Positions 13,226 to 26,890 are shown, counted from the whole stretch's first letter. The stretch: DNA of 63,740 nucleotides, filler included, from Octopus bimaculoides (GCF_001194135.2; 4 parts of 4 records of this genome joined end to end with filler, not necessarily neighbours in it); one strand, 5' to 3'. Numbers and translations are program-made. The notes: a model not told the origin generated them from the letters alone.

Positions 13226-14164
13226 TTTTACTACCAAGGACCTCTTTTATTTAAATGTGTTTTCCCACTGTCCCCTTTTAATATGCTAATCCTTATATAT
13301 ANNNNNNNNNNNNNNNNNNNNNNNNNNNNNNNNNNNNNNNNNNNNNNNNNNNNNNNNNNNNNNNNNNNNNNNNNNNNNNNNNNNNNNNNNNNNNNNNNNN
13401 NNNNNNNNNNNNNNNNNNNNNNNNNNNNNNNNNNNNNNNNNNNNNNNNNNNNNNNNNNNNNNNNNNNNNNNNNNNNNNNNNNNNNNNNNNNNNNNNNNNN
13501 NNNNNNNNNNNNNNNNNNNNNNNNNNNNNNNNNNNNNNNNNNNNNNNNNNNNNNNNNNNNNNNNNNNNNNNNNNNNNNNNNNNNNNNNNNNNNNNNNNNN
13601 NNNNNNNNNNNNNNNNNNNNNNNNNNNNNNNNNNNNNNNNNNNNNNNNNNNNNNNNNNNNNNNNNNNNNNNNNNNNNNNNNNNNNNNNNNNNNNNNNNNN
13701 NNNNNNNNNNNNNNNNNNNNNNNNNNNNNNNNNNNNNNNNNNNNNNNNNNNNNNNNNNNNNNNNNNNNNNNNNNNNNNNNNNNNNNNNNNNNNNNNNNNN
13801 NNNNNNNNNNNNNNNNNNNNNNNNNNNNNNNNNNNNNNNNNNNNNNNNNNNNNNNNNNNNNNNNNNNNNNNNNNNNNNNNNNNNNNNNNNNNNNNNNNNN
13901 NNNNNNNNNNNNNNNNNNNNNNNNNNNNNNNNNNNNNNNNNNNNNNNNNNNNNNNNNNNNNNNNNNNNNNNNNNNNNNNNNNNNNNNNNNNNNNNNNNNN
14001 NNNNNNNNNNNNNNNNNNNNNNNNNNNNNNNNNNNNNNNNNNNNNNNNNNNNNNNNNNNNNNNNNNNNNNNNNNNNNNNNNNNNNNNNNNNNNNNNNNNN
14101 NNNNNNNNNNNNNNNNNNNNNNNNNCCAATACATATATATATATATATGTATATATGAAAGCGA

Positions 14165-14376
14165 AATCGTGATGGCACCTGTACCAGTAGATCACTAAGA
14201 GCACCGTCTGAGCGTGATCGTTGCCAGAGCACCAGTTGTCTGGCTTTCATGCCGGTGGCACGTAAATAGCACCATTTGAGCGTGACCGTTACCAACGTCG
14301 CCTTCCTGGCACTTGTGCCAGTGGCACGAGAAAAGACATTCGAGTGAGTTCGTTGCCAGTGCCGCTTTTGTAAGCA
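14165..14376 (+). repeat. Interspersed repeat built of ~67-bp tandem subunits
   Basis: Three diverged units begin GCACCGTCTGAGCGTGATCGTTGCCAG (~14201), GCACCATTTGAGCGTGACCGTTACCAA (~14269) and GACATTCGAGTGAGTTCGTTGCCAG (~14335). Confidence 0.7.
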
Positions 14377-14764
14377 ATGTTGCACACTTGTCTGTATATA
14401 GCAGATCTTTGCATTGTGTGCAACATTGCTTATGAAAGTGNNNNNNNNNNATGGGTGTGTACATGTGTATGCGTGTGTGTGTGTGTGTGTGTGTGTGAGT
14501 AAAGAACACAAAGAAGACACCAAGTAAAGAGGAAAGGACGGATCTGCTGCTAACAGGACATTTGTACTCACTGAACTTGATCCTTGGTCAAGATTGTATA
14601 TCTTATATATATATATACATACATATATGTGTGTGTGTGTGTGTGTGTATACACACACGCATGGCATTGCACATAGAGGTGAGCCTGTGTACATTCAACA
14701 TATGTGTGTGTGTGTATATGTATATGTGTATATATGTGTGTGTGTGCGGGTGTGTGTGTATGTA

Positions 14765-14810
<46 letters not shown>

Positions 14811-15976
14811 CATTTACATGTATATGTATCTGCATATATATATATATATATATATANNNNNNNNNNNNNNNNNNNNNNNNNNNNNNNNNNNNNNNNNNNN
14901 NNNNNNNNNNNNNNNNNNNNNNNNNNNNNNNNNNNNNNNNNNNNNNNNNNNNNNNNNNNNNNNNNNNNNNNNNNNNNNNNNNNNNNNNNNNNNNNNNNNN
15001 NNNNNNNNNNNNNNNNNNNNNNNNNNNNNNNNNNNNNNNNNNNNNNNNNNNNNNNNNNNNNNNNNNNNNNNNNNNNNNNNNNNNNNNNNNNNNNNNNNNN
15101 NNNNNNNNNNNNNNNNNNNNNNNNNNNNNNNNNNNNNNNNNNNNNNNNNNNNNNNNNNNNNNNNNNNNNNNNNNNNNNNNNNNNNNNNNNNNNNNNNNNN
15201 NNNNNNNNNNNNNNNNNNNNNNNNNNNNNNNNNNNNNNNNNNNNNNNNNNNNNNNNNNNNNNNNNNNNNNNNNNNNNNNNNNNNNNNNNNNNNNNNNNNN
15301 NNNNNNNNNNNNNNNNNNNNNNNNNNNNNNNNNNNNNNNNNNNNNNNNNNNNNNNNNNNNNNNNNNNNNNNNNNNNNNNNNNNNNNNNNNNNNNNNNNNN
15401 NNNNNNNNNNNNNNNNNNNNNNNNNNNNNNNNNNNNNNNNNNNNNNNNNNNNNNNNNNNNNNNNNNNNNNNNNNNNNNNNNNNNNNNNNNNNNNNNNNNN
15501 NNNNNNNNNNNNNNNNNNNNNNNNNNNNNNNNNNNNNNNNNNNNNNNNNNNNNNNNNNNNNNNNNNNNNNNNNNNNNNNNNNNNNNNNNNNNNNNNNNNN
15601 NNNNNNNNNNNNNNNNNNNNNNNNNNNNNNNNNNNNNNNNNNNNNNNNNNNNNNNNNNNNNNNNNNNNNNNNNNNNNNNNNNNNNNNNNNNNNNNNNNNN
15701 NNNNNNNNNNNNNNNNNNNNNNNNNNNNNNNNNNNNNNNNNNNNNNNNNNNNNNNNNNNNNNNNNNNNNNNNNNNNNNNNNNNNNNNNNNNNNNNNNNNN
15801 NNNNNNNNNNNNNTATATATATATATATATATATACATACCCATGTCTGTACAAACACACTCACATACACAAACATCTGTAATATATAAGTGCATGATTG
15901 CTTGAAATCACCCATCAATACAATATAGAAGTTGGGACCTGGTGTTGTTGTTGTTGTTGGTTTCGGTAGTGGCAGC

Positions 15977-15981
<5 letters not shown>

Positions 15982-16070
<89 letters not shown>
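15982..16070. repeat. (TAG)n microsatellite
   Basis: Direct inspection. Confidence 0.95.
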
Positions 16071-16249
16071 AGCGGAGGAGAAGGATGGGGGGAGTTGTGG
16101 TAACACTTCTATCAAAGGTTCCGACATAGAAAATTGTTCCGGTTTGACTAGTTTTCGACCCTTTCATGTGCATGTGTGTGTATGTGTGTAAAGCTCTGTG
16201 TGTGTGTGTGTGTAAAGGTGTGTGTATATATGCGTGCATACACACACAC

Positions 16250-16314
<65 letters not shown>

Positions 16315-16414
16315 NNNNNNNNNNNNNNNNNNNNNNNNNNNNNNNNNNNNNNNNNNNNTTAATTAATTAANNNNNNNNNNNNNNNNNNNNNNNNNNNNNN
16401 NNNNNNNNNNNNNN
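16315..16414. other. Artificial scaffold-joining linker (44N-TTAATTAATTAA-44N)
   Basis: Exactly 100 bp and identical to the linkers at 36929 and 60772. The 12-mer gives stops in all six frames. Confidence 0.95.
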
Positions 16415-16591
16415 AAAGAAAATTTTCTTGAGGAATCTTGTCAAATATTCGTTGTTTTGTTTGTTTTGTTTCCATGCAAGCCTTTTATTCGCCTACTATT
16501 CTTGGGAGGGGTCTAAGGGTTGGCGGAAGAGTCAATTAGGGTCCTATCCAAAGCAGCCGTCGTTGCTGTTTTCAGTTGCATTCTCAAACAT

Positions 16592-16654
16592 GAGGGGTTA
16601 CTAACTCCAAGATTCCGAGTTCGTTTCCAGGCAGTGACCTGAATAACTACAATG

Positions 16655-16717
<63 letters not shown>

Positions 16718-16870
16718 TCGAAAAATACCTTAGGAATGAGAACCCAGGTTCTTAATTTCTCCAAGACACCTGATGAAGGCTGGAGAGTATATCAGCCGAA
16801 CTGTTGTGTTAACAACAAACAAGATGAGGACAGAATATCTTTCAAATGTGAATAATGAAAATAATGTAAA
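16592..16870 (+). mobile_element. SINE family D (tRNA head + (AAT)n + hammerhead), 5'-truncated copy
   Basis: B-box-like GAGTTCGTTTCCAGGCAGTGACC, then (AAT)n, AACATCGAAAAATACCTTAGGAATGAGAACCCAGG, the hammerhead and the tail AACAACAAACAAGATGAGGAC. Colinear with 38623-38910 (-). Confidence 0.85.
16765..16810 (+). ncRNA. Type I hammerhead motif (mutated GAAAC)
   Basis: GACAC-CTGATGA-A-GGCTG-gagagtatat-CAGCC-GAACTGTT-GTGTT. Stem I (4 WC + 1 G-U) and stem II are intact. GAAACGTT of the sister copy is changed to GAACTGTT. Confidence 0.65.
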
Positions 16871-17611
16871 CAATGAGCAAGTGAGTCTATGGATATTATC
16901 CGAGCATCTGATTCTTCGTTTGCTCCTAATTGGTTTGGCTCGAAGAGTCTGTCTTGCTATTCCTTTCTGCGTCCTTTTGGTCACATGTCCACTGTGTCGG
17001 TGCTGTGACCTCTCAATATGGAGAAGTAGGGACGTGTTCTCGCGTGAGCCACGCATCCTTTTTAAAAAAGTACTGAGGTCGATTCCTTCGACTGAAAGAT
17101 GCTTCAAAGCAGCACGCGCATCTCCACCACCAACAACAACAACATCATCATTATACCCGATGCTGCTCTCTCCATCACCGGTATAACTACCATCATCACC
17201 ACGAACATCAGCGCATCTGATACCACCACCACCACCTCCATCACCACCACCACCACCAAAATACCACACGGCTCTCTCTCTCTCTAGATTTAAGAACGGC
17301 AACAACGACAGGTAATACAATAGCGAATGATTTTTAACATAAACAGCAAACTACACAAAATAATGTTTGTTATTTCAACTGGTTGTAACAGTTCTTGTCG
17401 ATGTGTGGAACGGTCTTTTGGTTGGAGTTGTTTAGAGTTGGCTGTTTGTACAAAGGGCTTCGCTCGCTTCTCCTTTTCTTTTGTCTTTTTTTTTTTCTTT
17501 GTCTTAAATATTTGTTACATATATTCCACGTGAAATCTGGGAGGATGGTTCTCAACACCAATCCCACCACAACCACGACCATCGTTACTACTACTACTCC
17601 TACTACTCCTA

Positions 17612-17642
<31 letters not shown>

Positions 17643-18037
17643 TGCTGTTGCTGCTGTTGCTGCCATGTTCCTTTGTTCTTCCCTTTGTTCCATTTATTAT
17701 TTATTAGTTTTACTGTGCCTGTAAGATATTCTTTATGTGTGTGATTGTGTGTATATGCATGCACACACACACACACACACACAGGTATGTATGTATGTAT
17801 GCGTGTGTGTATATATATNNNNNNNNNNNNNNNNNNNNNNNNNNNNNNNNNNNNNNNNNNNNNNNNNNTATATATATATATATATATATACCCGCACATT
17901 CACTGTCTCTCTCTCTCACACACATAATAATATCTCTGTCTTTAAACTTAAGTATGTGTATACCTATATACATGTATGTATATTTTTACACCCCCCCCCA
18001 CACGCACATATATATATATGCATATTCATATATATAG

Positions 18038-18070
<33 letters not shown>

Positions 18071-18460
18071 CACATATTATATATGTATGTATGTATGTAT
18101 ATAATGTTATACACAACAATTGACTTCCGGTGGTGCTGCAGCTGCAAAACCAAGAAATAATACACAAAGGTGTGATGTCGCTTTTGTGTCAAAACCATGG
18201 CTGTAAAAAGGAGAGGAAAGCGGAGAAAAGGAAAGAAAGAGAAGAGAAAACAGAAAGGAAAAATAAATACAACAATAAACCTAACAAATCAACACTGAAT
18301 AAAATAACAAAAGGAAACAAATAAAGAACAAAAAAAAAGCAAGAATATCCTAACAGATTGTAATTTAGGAAACTGATGACGTCATCGAAGTCATTCGCGT
18401 AATCGGCTTCTCATATTTTATACAACATGGGTATATGTATATTCATAATCCATTGTGCTA

Positions 18461-18661
18461 TAGGCACAGGGCTTGAAATTTGAGCGGAGGGGCATAGTCG
18501 ATTTGATCGAACCCAGTACTCAACTGGTACTTAATTTATCGATCGCGGGAGGATGAATGACAAAGTCGACCTCGGTGAAATTTGAACTCAGAACGTAACG
18601 ACGGGAGAAATACCGCTAAGCATTTTACCCGGCCTGCTAACGATCCTGCCACCTCGCCGCC
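18461..18661 (-). mobile_element. SINE family B
   Basis: Reverse complement GGCGGCGAGGTGGCAGGATCGTTAGCAGGCCGGG...CGTTCTGAGTTCAAATTTCACCGAGGTCGACTTTGTCATTCATCC...GATAAATTAAGTACCAGTT. Confidence 0.9.
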
Positions 18662-18806
18662 TTTATCTATCTGTTGGTCTCTTTGTCTGCCTGTCTGTCT
18701 GTCTGTCTGTCTGTCTCTCTGTCTCTCTATCTGTCTCTCTATCTAGCTATCTGTCTCTTTACCCCTCTCTCTCTTACTCTCTCGCTATCTATCTATATAT
18801 CTACCT

Positions 18807-18845
<39 letters not shown>

Positions 18846-18869
18846 TTTATATATTATATATGCATATAG

Positions 18870-18929
<60 letters not shown>

Positions 18930-19920
18930 GCGTGTGTGTGTGTGAAATAAAAGAGACAAAGTAGAGAATGAAAGACGACAATTAAGAGAAATAAGAAAGA
19001 AGGTGAAGAAAATAGAAAAGAGAATAGAATTGAAGATAAAGCCATCCAAATGTGTACACATGCACACACAAATATAGGACCACAAAGCACCTGCCACAGC
19101 TGTATACTCGAACACATGCACATACGCATGTCTTATGATATACAAGCAGCAGAAAACCTGCAAATACATTTAAAAATTATAAACTATCATATCCTTAGGC
19201 ATATTTTCAAGAATATTCTTAGGACGCATTTTATGCAGGCTTGTGTGAGTGTGCCTGCGCTTATGTGTGCATGTGTCTGCTGACGTAATACATGAATACA
19301 TGCTTACATAATGTATAGATGGACTGCTTCGTTACAGAGACGCATAATTACACAGAAAGTAGTTACTTGTGTATAGCAGAGAGATATAGCATTTTAGGAC
19401 CATTGCACGATTTTAAACAGAATATTAGAACTGATGGATTCTTGGAAATCCTTTTATGGATATGTAATGTTCCTTATCTTAATATTACGAGTATACATTG
19501 AAGAACTGGATAGAAGAAACGGAACACTTAGTAATTTTACGTCTGGCACTTCAGATACCGGTCTCATTTCCCGAACAGCTATTTAACAGGGACATAAACT
19601 ATCCAAGCCTGGGTGTTAAGCGATGGAATGGACATACAGACTTCAACACAAAGACATTTGTATCTTTTATCTATTGTTTGTTTCCCTCGTTAAATAGAGG
19701 TTATGCTGTGGCACAGCCTGGAAGAAATTTAGGTCGGAGGAATTGATCCCAGTACGTTTTCTTCAAGCTTGGGCCTTATTCAGTTAGTGTGTTTTGCTGA
19801 AGCGCTAAGTTACGGACACGTAAACAAGCCAATACTAACTCTCAAGCAGTCGTGTGGTCAAACACAGAGACTAAGTCACAGACACATACACACACACACG
19901 CACACATAAATATACACACG

Positions 19921-19957
<37 letters not shown>

Positions 19958-20143
19958 CCGTTTATTTACATAAGCTTTACACGTACATGAATTATTGAAA
20001 AGCCTTTGTATGTGCGTATATAATTTGTGCTGTAGCTCCGTGTGTTTCGTATAATTTCGTATATCAGAAAACGTGTGCTTCACCTGAATATGTACGCACG
20101 CATGCGTGTATATATGTGCCTAAGTATGTATGTATGTGGACAT

Positions 20144-20188
<45 letters not shown>

Positions 20189-20673
20189 TATATGCTCTCG
20201 ATCTATGCGTCTGTACTTTTGCGCAGAAATACTTGGCAGTGGTCGATACGATAGAAGCGTAAGAGGCGTCAGTTTTGCTTACACAGCTGCAATGTCCTCA
20301 CGCTGTGTTGGCGGTTATTTAACACAGAACCACCAAAAGGATTGCTACAGCTATTAGTGAAACGTTAGCCAAAAACTGGAGGGGAAGTAGCCATATTGAA
20401 CGGCTACAATGAATTACATCGTTGTTTTCATAATACGTGCGCAAGACAATTAGCTACGAACGAATATGCATGCGTGTGCGAGCGAGAGTTTTATGTGCAT
20501 TATGATTAAGACCGACAGACATGTCAACATCACGCCGATTTATTCATAAAATACCCGATTCACCATTACAAATGTAGACATATTTACATACACACACACA
20601 CACACACATACACACACACACACACACATACAAATATATATGTCTGTGCGTGGGTATATATATATATATATAT

Positions 20674-20710
<37 letters not shown>

Positions 20711-20842
20711 TTTGTTTGTGTGTGTGTATATGTATGTATGTAATCTACATCTATACACACACACCAGTATATATGGGAAGTGTAACGCTAGCTTAAATGA
20801 TCGAAACTTCGAAGTTGGTGTTTTAATATTCTTGTCTTCTTA

Positions 20843-21387
20843 GGCGCAGGAGTGGCTGTGTGGTAAGTAACTTGCTTACCAACCACATGGTTCCGGGTTC
20901 ATTCCCACTGCGTGGAACCCTGGGCAAGTGTCTTCTACTATAGCTTCGGGCCGACCAGAGCCTTGTGAGTGGATTTGGTAGACGGAAACTGAAAGAAGCC
21001 CGTAGTATACATATATATATTTATATATATATATATATATNNNNNNNNNNNNNNNNNNNNNNNNNNNNNNNNNNNNNNNNNNNNNNNNNNNNNNNNNNNN
21101 NNNNNNNNNNNNNNNNNNNNNNNNNNNNNNNNNNNNNNNNNNNNNNNNNNNNNNNNNNNNNNNNNNNNNNNNNNNNNNNNNNNNNNNNNNNNNNNNNNNN
21201 NNNNNNNNNNNNNNNNNNNNNNNNNNNNNNNNNNNNNNNNNNNNNNNNNNNNNNNNNNNNNNNNNNNNNNNNNNNNNNNNNNNNNNNNNCTTGACAACCG
21301 ACGGTGGTGTGCTTACGTCCCCATAACTTGGTGGTGCTCCAGCATGGCCGCAGTCAAATGACTGAAACAAGTAAAAGAGTAAAAGAG
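20843..21387 (+). mobile_element. SINE family A, head + internal microsatellite/gap + tail
   Basis: Head GGCGCAGGAGTGGCTGTGTGG (20843-21005), (TA)n, N gap, then tail TTGACAACCG...GGTGCTCCAGCATGGCCGCAGTCAAATGACTGAAACAAGTAAAAGAGTAAAAGAG. Confidence 0.9.
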
Positions 21388-21431
21388 TTGTCTAAGAATA
21401 AACACACACACTTACACACACACACACACAC

Positions 21432-21470
<39 letters not shown>

Positions 21471-21657
21471 TACATATGCATAAAGAGAATGATAGAAAAT
21501 AAGAGAAGCCATTTTAAATTTCGTAGTGTATATATATATAGTTATATCGATATAACTACATACACACGCACGCACGTACACAAACTCACTGACATACATA
21601 TATAACTACATTTGCTCACACGCACTTATAAATAAATATCTATGTATATACTCGTGT

Positions 21658-21705
<48 letters not shown>

Positions 21706-22061
21706 ACACACACACACATATAGACACACATATACATATATACCTATATATAGTTGAAAGGTTGTACATTGCTATGGTTATGAGGAAACTTTAGCGTCAA
21801 AGCGACGCCAAGCTCATTTGAGCGTGACAGCATTGCTGAAGCGTAAGGGAGATAAATCTTTCATTAGAAACCTTTTGCTTTTGTTTTTTGTTTCATCTGT
21901 GGTCGATGAAGACTTTTAAATGTACTTATATTCATGAAAATACTAAATATTTTTAAATATATAACAGTGAAAAGTAATGTGAAAAGCAAATTGTATATGT
22001 TACTTTTGATATTAACTCTTTTAATAACGGCGAAACGAATATTTATGTTTTTATATTAACT

Positions 22062-22200
22062 GGTGCAGGTGTAGCCGTGTGGTAAGCAATTCGCTTATAC
22101 TTCCCGGTTCAATCGCATTGCATGGCACCTTCGATAAATTTTTATTTCATTATTGCCTTCGGCCGACCAAAGCCTGGTGAGTGGATTTGGTGAACGGAAA
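22062..22200 (+). mobile_element. SINE family A, degenerate head
   Basis: GGTGCAGGTGTAGCCGTGTGGTAAG...CCCGGTTCAATC...CGGCCGACCAAAGCC..GAGTGGATTTGGTGAACGGAAA. Confidence 0.7.
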
Positions 22201-22479
22201 AAATACTGTCCTCTCTCTCTCTCTTTCTCTCTGTCTCCCCCCCTCTCTCTCTCTCTACACACACACACGTATATATATGAAGGCTAGTAGTAGTAGTTGT
22301 TGTAGTAGTAGTAGTAGTTGTCGTTTTTGTAGTAGATGAGGTAATGTAGTGGCGAGTGATAGTCGTACAGGCAGAATGTGAGCCGAGGGTGAAAACCAAA
22401 ATTCTTTGAATCGGTTAAGATTGAAGCAAACGGTGTAGAAACCTTAGTGCATGACGGTATGAGAAACTTCGATTACGAG

Positions 22480-22815
22480 CAGAAGTAGTGGGCGGAGCAT
22501 CATAGCCATGTGTTGAGAGGAATTCTTTGGAGTTAGAATAATTCATCTCTGGAAACATGGATGCTTCGTAGAATATACTTACACAACCCTTATTCAGGGA
22601 CTTTTTAAGTGGTATGGGCAACTAGAGTTGAAGAAAATTCTAACTGGGCCCCCACCTGCAAGGTCATGCGCTGTTAATCTTGGCGCACATATGGTTGTGA
22701 TGCACGTGCCTGGTGTACCCTTATCAAACGGGTAGTCATGATGGGTATAATGGGCTTCGTATATTTTTACCCCTGTGTCACTTTGATGGCATGCACTGCT
22801 CTCTCACTCAATAAT
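22480..22815. repeat. Unclassified interspersed repeat ending in an (AAT/GAT)n run
   Basis: Complex, relatively GC-rich sequence ending ATGGCATGCACTGCTCTCTCACTC-AATAATGATAAT. It resembles an abundant octopus repeat from recall only; there is no second copy in the window and the class is unknown. Confidence 0.35.
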
Positions 22816-22828
22816 GATAATAATAATA

Positions 22829-22862
<34 letters not shown>

Positions 22863-24319
22863 CGATGATGATGATGATGATGATGACGACGACGTCGACG
22901 ATGACGATGATGATGTCGGTCACGGCTGCCGTATATGTTACTGGCTGCCATATTTCCTCNNNNNNNNNNNNNNNNNNNNNNNNNNNNNNNNNNNNNNNNN
23001 NNNNNNNNNNNNNNNNNNNNNNNNNNNNNNNNNNNNNNNNNNNNNNNNNNNNNNNNNNNNNNNNNNNNNNNNNNNNNNNNNNNNNNNNNNNNNNNNNNNN
23101 NNNNNNNNNNNNNNNNNNNNNNNNNNNNNNNNNNNNNNNNNNNNNNNNNNNNNNNNNNNNNNNNNNNNNNNNNNNNNNNNNNNNNNNNNNNNNNNNNNNN
23201 NNNNNNNNNNNNNNNNNNNNNNNNNNNNNNNNNNNNNNNNNNNNNNNNNNNNNNNNNNNNNNNNNNNNNNNNNNNNNNNNNNNNNNNNNNNNNNNNNNNN
23301 NNNNNNNNNNNNNNNNNNNNNNNNNNNNNNNNNNNNNNNNNNNNNNNNNNNNNNNNNNNNNNNNNNNNNNNNNNNNNNNNNNNNNNNNNNNNNNNNNNNN
23401 NNNNNNNNNNNNNNNNNNNNNNNNNNNNNNNNNNNNNNNNNNNNNNNNNNNNNNNNNNNNNNNNNNNNNNNNNNNNNNNNNNNNNNNNNNNNNNNNNNNN
23501 NNNNNNNNNNNNNNNNNNNNNNNNNNNNNNNNNNNNNNNNNNNNNNNNNNNNNNNNNNNNNNNNNNNNNNNNNNNNNNNNNNNNNNNNNNNNNNNNNNNN
23601 NNNNNNNNNNNNNNNNNNNNNNNNNNNNNNNNNNNNNNNNNNNNNNNNNNNNAATGGCAGGGTCATGTCGCCTTTTTACGTCCCAGCTGACCTTCTCCGA
23701 ACGACAATCTCCGGCTCCCTCCTCCCCACCCCAAAGAATTTCTGCTCGCTTTCTTTTTCGCAGCTTGCCTCCTTAACACCTCGATATGAATTTCCGTAAT
23801 CAGTTATTTTTCGCTGGACTTTATTGGAATTTGTTTGTGGAGATGGATAGACTGAGTTATGGCGAACACACGAAGGGAGACAGTGTGTGTGTGTGCATGT
23901 GTGTGTGTGTGTGTGCATGTGTGTGTGTGCGTGTGCGTGTGTGCATGTATGCATGTATGTATATGTGTCTATGTGTGTGTATGCATGTTTGTGTATTTAT
24001 ATGTGCATATATACATATATATATTATGTATAGCACGTCTGTAAGTGTACATATACATATATGTAAACATACGCATATATATATATATATATATATATAN
24101 NNNNNNNNNNNNNNNNNNNNNNNNNNNNNNNNNNNNNNNNNNNNNNNNNNNNNNNNNNNNNNNNNNNNNNNNNNNNNNNNNNGAGAGAAAGAGAGAAAGA
24201 GAGAATATATACTTAGACAATCGAAGTATGTAGACTGACAATCCAGATTGTATTGAAATATATCTATATATTTAATTATCACTCTCTCTGTCTCTCTCTC
24301 TCTGTCACCCTCTCTCTTT

Positions 24320-24367
<48 letters not shown>

Positions 24368-24665
24368 GTCTGTCAGCCTCTCTATCTCTCTGTCTGTCTG
24401 TCTCTCTCTCTCTCAATTGTTCTCCCTCTTTCTCATGGTGTCAACAGTCAACACCACACAGGTCGAAGTCCAAACGTCCATCTCGTCAAACTGCGACCAG
24501 CTGAAATAATATATCACACATTGGTCCTTCGACTCTTCTGATCCAGTCTTTCACTGGTATTTACTTCATCTTTCTCGCCAGTCGTTTCTTCAGCTTAGGA
24601 TCCGGCACGAGGAAGTTGATCTCTAATAAAAGTCGTTCCAGCTGTGACTATCTCATCTTTTATTG

Positions 24666-25088
24666 GGTGCGGCTGAGTCATAACAAGCTTGCTTCCCAAC
24701 CACATGATTCTGGGTTCAGTCCTACTGCATTGTACCCTGGGAAAGTGTCTTTTACTACAGCGTCTAGTCGACCAAAGCCTTCTGAATGGATTTGGGAGGC
24801 GAAAACTGAAAGAAGCCCATTATGTATATGTACATGTGTGTGTGTGTGTGTGTGTATGTGTGTTTGTGTGTGTGCGTGCACGCATGTGCATGTCTTATTG
24901 CCTATGTTCGTTCCTGCTCCACCGCTTGCCGAGCGGTGTTGGTGTGTCTACGTCTCCGTAAACTAGCGGTTCGGCAAAAGAGCTCTATTCAATAAGTCCT
25001 TAAAATATGTCCTGGTGTCGATTCATTCGACTAAAATTCTTCAAGGCGGTTCCCCAGCATGACCGCAGTCTGATGCCTGAAACAAGTA
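24666..25088 (+). mobile_element. SINE family A, diverged full-length copy
   Basis: Head CCAACCACATGATTCTGGGTTCAGT..., internal (TG)n, tail ...GGCGGTTCCCCAGCATGACCGCAGTC...TGAAACAAGTAG. Confidence 0.8.
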
Positions 25089-25848
25089 GACTATGAAAGA
25101 TATCATTGTATAGTTTATCTGGGACTACAATATCCGATGTTTGATCTTCTTTTTGGAAAAAGAGAGCGTGGAGCGGGAGAGAGGGGAGGAAAAGAGGTTA
25201 GAAGTGCGAAACCTTGTACTGGAGTAGTCGTATACTTATTGTACCCAAAAGGATTGAAGTAAAATTTGACCTGTGCGAGACTTGAAATCAAAGCAAGGTG
25301 ACCTCCTACCCAAAGCTCTAACGATTCTGTTTCTATGCTACTTCCATGAGAATGGATTATAAGACATTTACCGTTCAACTGTGCTATCCAGACAATAATT
25401 CAACAATGAATAATTAATGAACTGACAAAATTATGGCCAATGCTTTAATGTCTTGTGTTAAAAGCGATGTGTTGCGTTCAAATTGTTTTTCTTTAATATT
25501 TCTTTGTTATAAAGTTGTCCACAGAAATAAGGGACAGTGCCCATCACCTTTTCAAGTCCTCCTCACCTTGTATAACTGAAGCTCTCGATGTTTAGTTTGA
25601 ACACGTGACTGTGAACCAACGCAGGAAAACTGTGGACGGAATAGAACCTAGAAATCTAATTTGTCAATTTGCAACCGAGTGCACTCTATATTAAAGAAGC
25701 AGGTGGTCATGTTAAACCAAGAGGCATAATAGTTAGGCCTTGCAGACTTTTGGTACATCTTAATCTTCCGATGTTAAATTCTTGATCTTCAAAGATTAGA
25801 TCCCTGCAGCCGTAGCTAACTCATCAATCATTTTCTTTTCCGTCTTCT

Positions 25849-25890
<42 letters not shown>

Positions 25891-26418
25891 NNNNNNNNNN
25901 TTTTTTTTTTTTTTTTGTATTCTTTCTATTTTTCTTTTGCATTTGATTCCAATTCTGAAGAAGAATTGATGTCGCTGTTCAATATGTCTTTGTAGTATAG
26001 CTTAGGGTGCCAATAGCATAGTGATGTGAACGCCATCTTGCTATAAAATATGTCCGTTTCGAAGTCATCTATTGCACACGCATCAAAGACATTGTTGTAC
26101 TCGACATAGGGAAATATTTAAAGAGAAAAGAGACATTCTTATAAAAATCTATACATCATTCGTGACACATGTAAAGTGGAATAGATACATATAAGTATCG
26201 AAACCAAGTAATCGATTCAGCTAGCGAGCGGCATATCTTCTTCGCTACATCGTTCGGCAAAAGGAAGCTACCGAAGATGTAATATCGTGATCCAATACTT
26301 CAAACATTCGAAGTTAACTTTCTCTCTTTAACATTCAAATGTTTTACATTGTTCAGATTCTTCAAAATGTCACCATTTTCCTTCGTGCTTCTGTGTATTA
26401 ATATTACGTTTCGAATGC

Positions 26419-26814
26419 AGGTGGTAAGGTGGCAGGGTCGTTGGCACGCTGGACAAAAATGTTTAGAAGAATTTTGTCCGCGGCTCTACAACTGAGTTCC
26501 ATTTCGGCCGAGGTCGACTTTCCATTTCAGGTCGATAAAATAAGTACCAGCTGATGGAATTCACTTGCCCATCTCTCACGAAATTAATGGCCTTTTGCCA
26601 AAAGTTAAAATTACTCTTACATTTCAAACGGAAGCTGCGAGCTGCCAGAATCGTTAATATACCGAGCAAAAAATGCTTAGCAGCATTTCGTCCGTCTCTA
26701 CGTTCTGAGTTCGAATCCCGCCAAGGTCAACTTTGCTTTTCTTCCTTTTGGAGTCGATCAAATAAATAACATCTGAACAATAGAGTCCATGCGACTGACT
26801 TAGCTCATCCCCTG

Positions 26815-26820
<6 letters not shown>
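26419..26820 (+). mobile_element. Two tandem SINE family B copies
   Basis: GGTGGTAAGGTGGCAGGGTCGTTGGCACG (26419) and GCGAGCTGCCAGAATCGTT (26636), each followed by the GAGTTC.A.TCC.CC.AGGTC.ACTTT core. Confidence 0.8.

Positions 26821-26890
<70 letters not shown>

Noticed and set aside
14165-14376. Repeat-spacer-like periodicity suggesting a CRISPR-type array
   Set aside because: The units are diverged along their whole length with no unique spacers, the context is eukaryotic, and there are no cas genes.
16359-16370. TTAATTAATTAA as a piggyBac target or regulatory palindrome
   Set aside because: It is centred in an exact 100-bp N linker, repeated three times; synthetic.
17600-17670. (CAG/CAA)n tract read as poly-Q or poly-A coding sequence
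   Set aside because: The flanking frames are low-complexity or closed and no splice signals support an exon.
18375-18386. Perfect palindrome GATGACGTCATC containing a full CRE (TGACGTCA)
   Set aside because: A single short motif with no supporting promoter evidence; expected occasionally by chance.
25940-26050. Minus-strand CAAGATGGCG start with a 36-codon ORF
   Set aside because: Too short, no splice donor and no similarity recognised.
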